Positions 29,417-37,638 of a stretch of 64,000 nucleotides of DNA are shown here, in pieces. The position numbers and the translations under genes are program-made. Source of the stretch: Rhodospirillaceae bacterium (GTDB lineage Bacteria; Pseudomonadota; Alphaproteobacteria; Rhodospirillales; JABJKH01); assembly GCA_018660465.1 (NCBI GenBank), contig JABJKH010000091.1, positions 7,789 through 71,788 of the forward strand, read 5' to 3'. The notes beneath the pieces are model-generated. The model was given only the letters and a program-made list of their open reading frames with translations, searched no databases and was not told the DNA's origin. Each line of letters opens with the position of its first letter. Position 1 is the stretch's first letter.

Positions 29417-30448
29417 ATGTTTAGATCCACCTTAGTTCGTTTAAGAAGACGTCATTGGATTATCTGGGCATTCGGGGTTTCACTTGCTTTTTCAGTGCTG
29501 GGCGCGACCGAATCTCTTGGGCAGCGCAGCGGGATTAGTTCGGAAGGCCGCGCAATCATTGATAACATGAGCGGGGAGGCGCGCCGGGAATTCCGCTCAA
29601 TGAGCCGACGAGATCGACGTGCCTTCATTGAAGACCTGCTAAAGAAACGATCGAAGGACACCGTAAAAAAAGACACGACCCCCGCGCAGAATTTTGAAAA
29701 ACTTGAGGGCTTTGTTCCGCCCGGCGAGATATCTTCGGAAATTCGCACGATGGTGGGTAAGAGCCGTCGCGGCGAAAGAGACAAAGCGGTCGAAATTCAG
29801 AAAAAAAGAGGCGCGATCGAGACCGGGCTTAAAGCCAAATTTATCGGCGGTGCGGATTGTCCAGAAATTGATAGCGAGCAGTGGGCAATCGATTATTCAT
29901 ATAAGCGGCCATGGCCTGCCTTGCATAAGGGCGTGGACATCCCGCAACCGCGCGGAACCCCAATCCGAGCTGTGGCTGAGGGAACAGTCATTGGAAAATT
30001 TGAAAATCAAGGTAATCGCAAGGGCATCGAAATCATGCTCCGTCACACGCCAGCAGAAACCGGCCTGCCCTTTTGGATATATTCCCAATATACCCACTTA
30101 CGTGAAATGTCACCCCTACCACTTGGCGCGAAAGTGACGGTTGGTCAGGAAATTGGTAAGACCAGCAATACCGGAAAGATGGGACGGCGCATCCGTCGCG
30201 ACGCGCTGCATTTTTCGATTGTGTACAGCGTCCGCCCTGAATGGTCCAACAATGGAAAGGTCATAATTCCAAAAGCGAGTTATTGGATGGACCCCAACGC
30301 GTTCTATAGAGCAAGCCCGCCTTACGATTCACAATCCCTGGCCAAACTGCCCGACGATCAAAAGAATGTTCCAACACCCTACATGAAACCCGATGGCTCC
30401 CTCGTACCACCACAAACCAAACGCATCTGGCCGTATCCGTGTGAGTGA
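29417..30448 (+). CDS. secreted M23 (LytM-type) peptidase family protein
   Basis: 343 aa with a signal/anchor segment. HKGVDI (HxxxD) is present. The C-terminal HxH position reads ALHFS. Strong SD (aaggagg) upstream. Confidence 0.8.
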   Translation: MFRSTLVRLRRRHWIIWAFGVSLAFSVLGATESLGQRSGISSEGRAIIDNMSGEARREFRSMSRRDRRAFIEDLLKKRSKDTVKKDTTPAQNFEKLEGFVPPGEISSEIRTMVGKSRRGERDKAVEIQKKRGAIETGLKAKFIGGADCPEIDSEQWAIDYSYKRPWPALHKGVDIPQPRGTPIRAVAEGTVIGKFENQGNRKGIEIMLRHTPAETGLPFWIYSQYTHLREMSPLPLGAKVTVGQEIGKTSNTGKMGRRIRRDALHFSIVYSVRPEWSNNGKVIIPKASYWMDPNAFYRASPPYDSQSLAKLPDDQKNVPTPYMKPDGSLVPPQTKRIWPYPCE

Positions 30449-30456
30449 GTTGACGA

Positions 30457-32502
30457 CTATAGAGGGAGCCCCACAGAACCCAGCTTTGATAAAAACGTCT
30501 CCAAGTCTTGTGGGTTTCTGTACGGTTGCTGCTTGCCAAATCGTTTGAGTGAAAAGGTTGGGTCTGCTGCCATTACATTTTTCAAGCCGCGACGCGCCTC
30601 GCTAAAATTATCCTGCGATGAATAGGCCGCAATTTTTACAAGGCAAGGCGTTAATCCCACTGAATTTAACCGCAAGGAATCATCAGCAACTGCAGTGGCT
30701 GCCGCAAAATTTTCACTGAACAGTAGTGCCAACGAGAGAACATCGGTAAAGAACGGCGGGAAGACAGGCGAATACCGAATGGCCCATGTGACGTGCTCGA
30801 TTGCATCGCTTTGCTGGCCGCAATAATGCAACACGTTGGCAAAGAAGCCGTTCGCGTTAGTGCAGTTTGGACGCAGCGCCACCGCATCACGACCAACAAT
30901 AAGCGCATCATCAAATCGACGGTTCATCAGGTGGACGTGGCTTAAAACCATGTGCGCCTGCCCGTCAGCATCTTCCATAACGACAGCTTTTTCCGACCAC
31001 TCACCAGCGAGTTTAAGTGACTTGGCCGGCTCATCGCCCCAGGCTTTAAAAGCGTCGAACCAATGACACATCGCGGTCCACGTAGCGCCGGTAGATACTT
31101 GCGGCTGCTTTTTATCGACGATTTCAAAAAGTTTACGGGCACGGTGCACAGAGTCTTTCTGGAGTTTGAAAAATTCTTGCAGCCCTTTGTAAAATATTTC
31201 CAAGGATTCTCGGTCTCTGAGAGTCCTGTGCCAGACCGCCGCCTGCTCGCCCCTAAGAAGCTTTACGTCCAATGCGGATATAATTTCCTGAATGACCTCG
31301 TCTTGAACCTCAAAACCGTCGTCGAGTTTACGATCATAGGTTTCCGTCCAAATCGCATTCCCCGCCAGAACGTCAATAAGTTCCGCTGAAATGCGTAAGT
31401 TCGACGCAGCGCGGCGTACGCTGCCCTGCAAAACATAGCGGACTCCTAGTGCCTTGCCAGCGCTTGTGGTGTCTTGCCCGCGCATGGCGTTCGCGGCACC
31501 CGCTGCTATGAGGAAGATACCGGTGACCTTCACCAAAGCCGCTTGAATGTCAATTCGGATCCCCTCAGCCAAGTGATCATTTTCTGTATCACCTGTCAGA
31601 TTTGAAAATGGCAAGATGACCATCGACGGGCGTTCCGGCACGCTTAGGTCGAGGCCTTGTAACTGGGGTGGGAAATTGGTGTCGGACAAAGCCTCTTTCG
31701 GTGGTTTATTGCTCACGGCGCGAATGAGGCCATTGGTTTCGACAGCAGGCGCGTTCGGGGCATGACGCACGGCCTCTCGCTGACGCGCAATTTCATCGCA
31801 CAGAGAAACTGTCTCATCACTGGGGGCGATATCCAGTTCCTTCCGCAATAAATCTTCGCAGGCTTTGAATTGTTGAAGTGCAGATTCAAATCGCTGCTGT
31901 TGCGCCAAAGCCCGCATAAGAGATTGATGCACCTGTTCATGCAAAGGATCTATGGCAAGCAATTTCCGAGCGACCACGATTGCTTCGTCAGAGTCTTCCA
32001 ATTCTTCATAATGGTGAAGCAGGCGTTCCAGTGCGGATACGGCAAGGTCAGATATCCTGCGTCGTTCGGTGGTGATCCATTCTTCGAAAAGGTCTTCATT
32101 AATATTGAGCCCCGCTGCAAATTCACCTCTCAGTAAATTTGCAGCGGCCTTTAATGAGTCAATATCGGGTTGGGACAGCAGACCCTCAAGCATCGCTGTA
32201 TCGGTATCGACGCGATCAGGGACAAGCGTAATCTGACTTGTATCAGCAGATATTATATCTTTGGCGGAACCAAGGGATTTCCGCAGTCGTGCCAAATTTT
32301 GACGCAGGCTTGTGCGTGCTTGCTCTTCAGCACTTCGACTCCACAGAAGCTCCGCCAATTGATCCCGGGACCGCGCGACACCAGGCGGGCTCGCTAAGTA
32401 AACCAACAGCGCCTGGGACTTTTTTGTTGGCAATCGCAATTCCGAACTGTCCATTGTTGAAATCCGGGGTACGCCCAGCAATTGAAGCTTTAAGATTGTC
32501 AT
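30457..32502 (-). CDS. BTAD/SARP-type winged-helix transcriptional regulator with TolB-N-like and TPR regions
   Basis: 681 aa. N-terminus LQLLGVPRIS...KKSQALLVYLA...RDQLAELLW (SARP/BTAD). Middle VILPFSNLTGDTENDHLAEGIRIDI...GVRYVLQGSVRR (TolB-N-like). Helical repeat C-terminus. Confidence 0.75.
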   Translation of the reverse strand: MTILKLQLLGVPRISTMDSSELRLPTKKSQALLVYLASPPGVARSRDQLAELLWSRSAEEQARTSLRQNLARLRKSLGSAKDIISADTSQITLVPDRVDTDTAMLEGLLSQPDIDSLKAAANLLRGEFAAGLNINEDLFEEWITTERRRISDLAVSALERLLHHYEELEDSDEAIVVARKLLAIDPLHEQVHQSLMRALAQQQRFESALQQFKACEDLLRKELDIAPSDETVSLCDEIARQREAVRHAPNAPAVETNGLIRAVSNKPPKEALSDTNFPPQLQGLDLSVPERPSMVILPFSNLTGDTENDHLAEGIRIDIQAALVKVTGIFLIAAGAANAMRGQDTTSAGKALGVRYVLQGSVRRAASNLRISAELIDVLAGNAIWTETYDRKLDDGFEVQDEVIQEIISALDVKLLRGEQAAVWHRTLRDRESLEIFYKGLQEFFKLQKDSVHRARKLFEIVDKKQPQVSTGATWTAMCHWFDAFKAWGDEPAKSLKLAGEWSEKAVVMEDADGQAHMVLSHVHLMNRRFDDALIVGRDAVALRPNCTNANGFFANVLHYCGQQSDAIEHVTWAIRYSPVFPPFFTDVLSLALLFSENFAAATAVADDSLRLNSVGLTPCLVKIAAYSSQDNFSEARRGLKNVMAADPTFSLKRFGKQQPYRNPQDLETFLSKLGSVGLPL

Positions 32503-32541
32503 AGCGATACATTACAGAGGAAAAACGCCGAAATCGCCTCT

Positions 32542-32590
32542 GTTCGCAATTTTTCACACTTTTTTCACGATGGAGCTAAAAATTGCGAAC
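32542..32590. promoter_or_regulatory. 13-bp perfect inverted repeat (gttcgcaattttt / aaaaattgcgaac), candidate operator or 5'-UTR hairpin
   Basis: The arms are 32542-32554 and 32578-32590. They lie in the divergent region between the BTAD regulator and a small SD-preceded ORF. ttttcac occurs twice in the spacer. Confidence 0.35.
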
Positions 32591-32655
32591 GCCGATTTCA
32601 CGGTCCCCGGTCATAGTCTCCTCATCGACCCAAACATTAAAACAGGAGAAAGATC

Positions 32656-32790
32656 ATGACCCACAACAATGACCAACAAAACGCCCACCAATTACGCGCC
32701 GAATTTTTGCTTGAATTGTTAGTCAGTTTGAAGCGGTTCGTCGGCGTGACCCTTGCTGAGCAATTTTGTCGAACACGGGTCCACGGATAG
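32656..32790 (+). CDS. possible 44-aa small protein (unverified)
   Basis: ATG preceded by aggaga at -13 to -8. Peptide MTHNNDQQNAHQLRAEFLLELLVSLKRFVGVTLAEQFCRTRVHG. It is below the ORF-track size cut-off and I recognise no homology. Confidence 0.2.
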   Translation: MTHNNDQQNAHQLRAEFLLELLVSLKRFVGVTLAEQFCRTRVHG

Positions 32791-32796
32791 AGCGCA

Positions 32797-33723
32797 TTAA
32801 GACGACAGCGCCCGATACGTCCGCTGGATGTTATAGTGATGCCGTCCGATGTTTGGGACGGCTAGGGGGTCGTCGGGCGGTAAGGTGAATTGTTTGCTTA
32901 AGGTAACTTGGTCCAAGGTTTGCTCTAATGATCGTCCGGCAACTAGTGCACGCTGTACGCCGTCGGTGACGTCGCTGAAATATTCGAGGTATGCGTCCAG
33001 CAATTCAGGACCTGCCAAGGAGCGATGCGCAGATACAATCAAGTCGATATCTAGGTGCTCGATAATTTTGGTCACGGTATCGCGGAATACTTGGGCGTCG
33101 GTCTCAAGCGCCAAACCGAAATTTCCGCCAGTTAAGTTTCCCATCCAAGCGGCCTTGGCTTCCGGCACATAAACGATAGTGTCACCCGGCGTATTGGCGG
33201 GGCCGAAATAATGGCATTCCACGACCCGGTCGCCGAGATCAATCATTAGATAATCCCCAAATACGATGTCTGGCCCGCGATAAGTTACGCCTTCGAAATT
33301 GGTTTTATCATTGCCCACGCAAGGCAACATGAAGGCCATTTCTTCTTCAAAATAGACGGTCCGTGCTGCGGTTTGGTGCTGTTGAATGATGCGGGTCTCA
33401 TCCGGAAAGGCGCAGTTTCCGAAGGTGTGGTCGCCGTGATAGTTCAAATTGACCAGATACAGGATCGGCTTGTCCGTAACCTCCCGAATGCGCTCAAGAA
33501 TTTGACCCGCCATGGGGAGGGTGAAATGTGCATCAATGACCAGAACGCCGTTCTCCCCAACCACGAAGCCGGTGTTGTTCACGCCGGTGATGGACGACAG
33601 CAGGATGTAGACTCCTGGCGATATTTCCTTGGTTTCGAGTTGTGCCCCAAGCGGATTAATTTTCCACTTCACAAAGCTATCGGGAAAGTCTGCCCAATCG
33701 AGAAGTTTGACTTCAGTGGTCAT
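32797..33723 (-). CDS. MBL-fold metallo-hydrolase
   Basis: 308 aa. NLNYHGDHTFGN (HxHxDH variant) with the typical beta-lactamase-fold order. Confidence 0.8.
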   Translation of the reverse strand: MTTEVKLLDWADFPDSFVKWKINPLGAQLETKEISPGVYILLSSITGVNNTGFVVGENGVLVIDAHFTLPMAGQILERIREVTDKPILYLVNLNYHGDHTFGNCAFPDETRIIQQHQTAARTVYFEEEMAFMLPCVGNDKTNFEGVTYRGPDIVFGDYLMIDLGDRVVECHYFGPANTPGDTIVYVPEAKAAWMGNLTGGNFGLALETDAQVFRDTVTKIIEHLDIDLIVSAHRSLAGPELLDAYLEYFSDVTDGVQRALVAGRSLEQTLDQVTLSKQFTLPPDDPLAVPNIGRHHYNIQRTYRALSS

Positions 33724-34607
33724 TATTCGGCGGCCTGTTCCATGGTCGGGCCATCGCCTGCCAACGTCGTGCGGCGCATGTCGCGGGGCTCATCCGTCGG
33801 GGCCAGACGGGCACGGTGCATTGTTTGGCGGTTGTCCCACATCACCAAATCGCCGACCCGCCATTCGTGGGCATAGACAAATTGCCGCTGGGTCGCGTGT
33901 TCTATCAAATCGCGCAGGAACATCCGGGCTTCCGGCACAGGCCAGCCGACAATACTGCCCGCGTGGGATGCCAGATAAAGCGACTTCCGGCCAGTTGCCG
34001 GAAGGGTACGGATAAGCCTTTGGCGAACCGGCGCGAATGTCTTTTGTTCGTCCTCAGAGAAATCGAAGAAGCCGATCTGTTGGCGCGAATACATCTGCGA
34101 ATGCTCGCACACCAAATCCTCGCATTGGTCCTTTAGGTCATCATCTAGCGCTTCATACGCCGCCCCCATATGGGCGAATTCTGTATTACCACCTTTCGAT
34201 GGCAGGGTAATGCCGTGCAGGAGCGAATACTTCGCCGGGACCGGTTTGAACGAACTATCGGAATGCCACAGGCGGGTGCCTGTCGCGAACATCCGCCGAC
34301 GGTCGTCACGTGCCATGGGTTTGTCATCGACATCCAGGTTAGAGACATCGGCGAAGGTCGGCGGCAGGCGGTATTGGCCTTCTTTCCGCAGTCCTGTGCT
34401 AAAGGTTTTTTCGAGCGGACCAAGGGCGAGGGTAAAATCAAGCTGTTGATCTTGGGTCATCGGTTGTTCGCGAAAGACCAATACCGCGTATTCGTCCATA
34501 CCAGCGTGGATCGCTGCGGCATGATCATCGGAAAGCGGCTGGCGAATATCAACGCCATCGACTTCACCGCCAATACAAGATCCCAGTTGGCGAATTGAAA
34601 TGGCCAT
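33723..34607 (-). CDS. TauD/TfdA family Fe(II)/2-oxoglutarate dioxygenase
   Basis: MAISIRQLGSCIGGEVDGVDIRQPLSD..., WHSDSSF (HxD), and a late H in VMWDNRQTMHRA. I chose the ATG at 34607; the ORF track opens at 34652. Confidence 0.85.
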   Translation of the reverse strand: MAISIRQLGSCIGGEVDGVDIRQPLSDDHAAAIHAGMDEYAVLVFREQPMTQDQQLDFTLALGPLEKTFSTGLRKEGQYRLPPTFADVSNLDVDDKPMARDDRRRMFATGTRLWHSDSSFKPVPAKYSLLHGITLPSKGGNTEFAHMGAAYEALDDDLKDQCEDLVCEHSQMYSRQQIGFFDFSEDEQKTFAPVRQRLIRTLPATGRKSLYLASHAGSIVGWPVPEARMFLRDLIEHATQRQFVYAHEWRVGDLVMWDNRQTMHRARLAPTDEPRDMRRTTLAGDGPTMEQAAE

Positions 34608-34678
34608 TTTTGTTGCCTTTCTACTGATCCCGATAGGCGACTTTAGGACCAACTGGGATAATCGACAAGAAGGTACAT

Positions 34679-36373
34679 TTAGAGATTAATTTTAAACGGT
34701 TCAGCGGTCGCAAAGATTGAAACTGTCTCGTCTCGTCCCTTTAATGAAGCCGCTGTTTTTGTCAGTCCCTGCTCGTCCAACCCAGCCGCCTGCACGATCA
34801 CGTCTGACATCACCAGGGGCATTCCCAGTTTTTTGGTTTCGGCTTCCAGCCGAGCGGCGATGTTCACGTTATCGCCAATGGCTGACAATATGGGGGTCGC
34901 TGGGGGTCCCATGGTGCCAACGATGGCATCGCCGCCGTGAATGCCAATACCCATGGCCAGCGGTTCCTCCAGTTCACCGGCGAACCGTCTGTTCAAATCT
35001 TCTATCCGGCGGAACATTTCAACAGCCCCCGCAACTGCGTTACGGCAGCCATCTTCAAAACTTCCCTCCAATCCATAGAGCGCCATCAGACCGTCGCCAT
35101 TAAATTGGGTGTAACGGCCATTGGTGTCTGACAAAGCCGCCGCCATTTCGGCAAAAAATTCGTTGAGAATAAACACGACATCATAGGGCAGATTGCGCTC
35201 ACCAAGTTTGGTCGACCCCCGCAGATCGGCGAACAGCATGACGACCTTTATCTCCTTGCCGGTGACGCCACCCGGTCGCATCGCTTCCCTCGGCCCTGTG
35301 GTTGGTGGCAGAAGCGGTATAATCCGCACATCACGCCGGGGCCTCGTCTGACATGCAAGCCGCGTATCAGGCGACGCGCCGATGCGTTCAAGCACGGCTA
35401 ATTCGTCCTTGTCTGGAGGCGGCAAGTCGTCCAGTCCGTCCATAATCCGCACCCGGCATGTGGAGCACCGTCCGCGCCCGCCACAGACTGAGGCGTGTGG
35501 GATGCCCTTAATCCGGCTGACATCTAATATGCAATGTCCAAGGGGCATAATGGCCGTCACCCCAGAAGGATAGGTGACAGAAAAAGTACCGCGCCTGGAC
35601 CGGTAGGCATGGCGCACGATCCGGGCCACCAGGACCAAGGCCAACAAGCCAAAAACAAGCCCCATCAGCTTGAAATCCAGGCCCGATAAAGCCGCTCTTA
35701 ATTCAACGGGGGACGCCCTGTACCCTGCAAAAAGAACGCTGGGTAATCCTGGGTCAGCCGCCAGGCGCGCCGCCATATCCGACGTACCGCGCAGATAGCC
35801 CGCCAATGCCATAATTGGAATGAGCACAGCCAGCGGATAAAGGATCACCACCGCCTTTGGATACCATGGCCTGATGCGGAGCCAAAAATGAATACCGATG
35901 GCCATGTGTCCCCAGGCCACGAATATCAAGGTGGATTGACGCAAGACAAACGCCCAGCCCTTGCCATAAAGAAAAGCAATTGTGCCGGGATAATTGACCT
36001 CGATATCCAGCACCGCCATGGCGATCCGAGTGCCAACGATGTGGCCCGCCGCTAAGGCCGGGATGCTGAACCCAAGAAGGATCCTAATCCACTCCCAGGT
36101 CGGCAAATTCAAATGCGACCGGTTATACAGAGAATTAAGCGCAAGGGTAATGTGAGTAACGAACGACCCCATCAACAGAATCATGCCGGGGGGGCTGCCC
36201 CATACTGTCACCAGCACCCGTCGCATGGCTTCCATGGCAGGGATCGATGCAATGCCAAGAGACGCATTGATCAAGTGCAAGACAACGAACGTTGCCATGA
36301 CCAAACCAGTAAACAGCCGTACGCGCTTTCGGATCATTTCGTCTCTATTCACCCAATAATTCTTGGGTATCAA
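34679..36373 (-). CDS. membrane-anchored adenylate/guanylate cyclase with internal 2Fe-2S ferredoxin domain
   Basis: 564 aa. About 6 predicted TM helices, then CGGRGRCSTCRV...LACQ (2Fe-2S ferredoxin-type Cys set). A class III cyclase domain follows (VVMLFADLRGSTKL ... FNGDGLMALYG ... GIGIHGGDAIVG ... IGDNVNIAARLE). Confidence 0.85.
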   Translation of the reverse strand: MIPKNYWVNRDEMIRKRVRLFTGLVMATFVVLHLINASLGIASIPAMEAMRRVLVTVWGSPPGMILLMGSFVTHITLALNSLYNRSHLNLPTWEWIRILLGFSIPALAAGHIVGTRIAMAVLDIEVNYPGTIAFLYGKGWAFVLRQSTLIFVAWGHMAIGIHFWLRIRPWYPKAVVILYPLAVLIPIMALAGYLRGTSDMAARLAADPGLPSVLFAGYRASPVELRAALSGLDFKLMGLVFGLLALVLVARIVRHAYRSRRGTFSVTYPSGVTAIMPLGHCILDVSRIKGIPHASVCGGRGRCSTCRVRIMDGLDDLPPPDKDELAVLERIGASPDTRLACQTRPRRDVRIIPLLPPTTGPREAMRPGGVTGKEIKVVMLFADLRGSTKLGERNLPYDVVFILNEFFAEMAAALSDTNGRYTQFNGDGLMALYGLEGSFEDGCRNAVAGAVEMFRRIEDLNRRFAGELEEPLAMGIGIHGGDAIVGTMGPPATPILSAIGDNVNIAARLEAETKKLGMPLVMSDVIVQAAGLDEQGLTKTAASLKGRDETVSIFATAEPFKINL

Positions 36374-36510
36374 TTCTGCAAAGTGTTCAAGTTGCTGACA
36401 GCTTAGCGATATATGATGCCTTTGAATACGGCCACTCGCGACATTCCGAGGCTTTGATAAATTTTACTTAACTTAACACGACCGAGAAATAATCTGAGGG
36501 GAGACAATCT

Positions 36511-36828
36511 ATGCTAGCTACTCAAGAGCGCCGACAAACAGAAAGCCGACGGGTGTCTGTGTCCGCCGATATCAAAGAAGATCAGCGTTCTGATGGACGA
36601 CGATCGGATTCCGACAGACGTGGGAATTACATCAATATCGATCATGACAGCGAAATATTTCTGTTCGAAATGTGCGAGTGGCTAAACGCGTCCACCAAAG
36701 ACGCTTGGCAAATTGGTCCCAATGAGAGCGAGCCGTCTGGCAGCCCTGTTAGTTGCCGTGTGCGCTTTGACAACGAAACAGACCTTACAGCTTTCATCGC
36801 CTGGATGGACGGCTGGCGCGAGAGTTAG
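36511..36828 (+). CDS. hypothetical protein with Arg/Asp/Ser-rich N-terminus
   Basis: 105-aa ORF with a gagggga SD upstream. N-terminus ERRQTESRRVSVSADIKEDQRSDGRRSDSDRRG. No recognised domain. Confidence 0.45.
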   Translation: MLATQERRQTESRRVSVSADIKEDQRSDGRRSDSDRRGNYINIDHDSEIFLFEMCEWLNASTKDAWQIGPNESEPSGSPVSCRVRFDNETDLTAFIAWMDGWRES

Positions 36829-37613
36829 AATAAACTCCGCACCATACCCCCATCTGCCCTGGGTGCTGCGCCGTTAATAGCGGATGCCTTTGGCGAACAC
36901 AGGAAGGCGACGACGTTGGCGATTTCTTCAGGCTTTGCCCAACGCTGCAACAAAGACGTTTGGCCTTCGCCTTCTTCGAAATAGGCGCGGCTCATTTCGT
37001 CGACCGTGGTGCCGTCGATTTCAGCCAGCTGACCCAGAAACGCTTCGACGCCATCTGTCCACGTTGGTGCAACCTGCACGGTATTTACCGTCACGCTGGT
37101 GCCTTTGGTCAATTCCGCGAGGCTTCTGGCGATGGAAACCTGCGCCGTTTTGGTCATCGCGTAGTGCGCCATCGCCGGGTTGGGTTTTGAGCTTTGGTCT
37201 GAGCCTATAAAAACAATCCGGCCCCAGTCCCGATCCAACATGCCTTGCATAAAAGCGCGGGACAGGCGGACGCCGCTCATCACGTTGAGTTCGAACATGT
37301 CGAACCATTCCGCGTCTTCAATTTCGAAAAATGGTTTTACTTCAAAAAATCCCGCGTTGTTGACTAAGATATCTATATTGGGAGTTTCGCTGATCAACGC
37401 GTCTACGCCTTCAGCAGATGATAAATCTGCTACGATTCCTGTAACTGAACCCAGACCCTCCAACTCCTGAACTGCAGATTTTACCCGATCTGGGTCCCGG
37501 CTGTTAATCACCACCTCGGCCCCTTCACTGATCAAGCTCTCCGCAATCGCTCGACCGATGCCCAAGGTTGATCCCGTCACCAGAGCCCGTTTACCTGTAA
37601 GGTTTAATTCCAT
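36825..37613 (-). CDS. SDR family oxidoreductase
   Basis: 262 aa. TGSTLGIGRAIA (TGxxxGIG), NNAG, YAMTK (YxxxK). Confidence 0.85.
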   Translation of the reverse strand: MELNLTGKRALVTGSTLGIGRAIAESLISEGAEVVINSRDPDRVKSAVQELEGLGSVTGIVADLSSAEGVDALISETPNIDILVNNAGFFEVKPFFEIEDAEWFDMFELNVMSGVRLSRAFMQGMLDRDWGRIVFIGSDQSSKPNPAMAHYAMTKTAQVSIARSLAELTKGTSVTVNTVQVAPTWTDGVEAFLGQLAEIDGTTVDEMSRAYFEEGEGQTSLLQRWAKPEEIANVVAFLCSPKASAINGAAPRADGGMVRSLF

Positions 37614-37638
37614 TGCCGCTTCCTCCTGTGCATCAATC

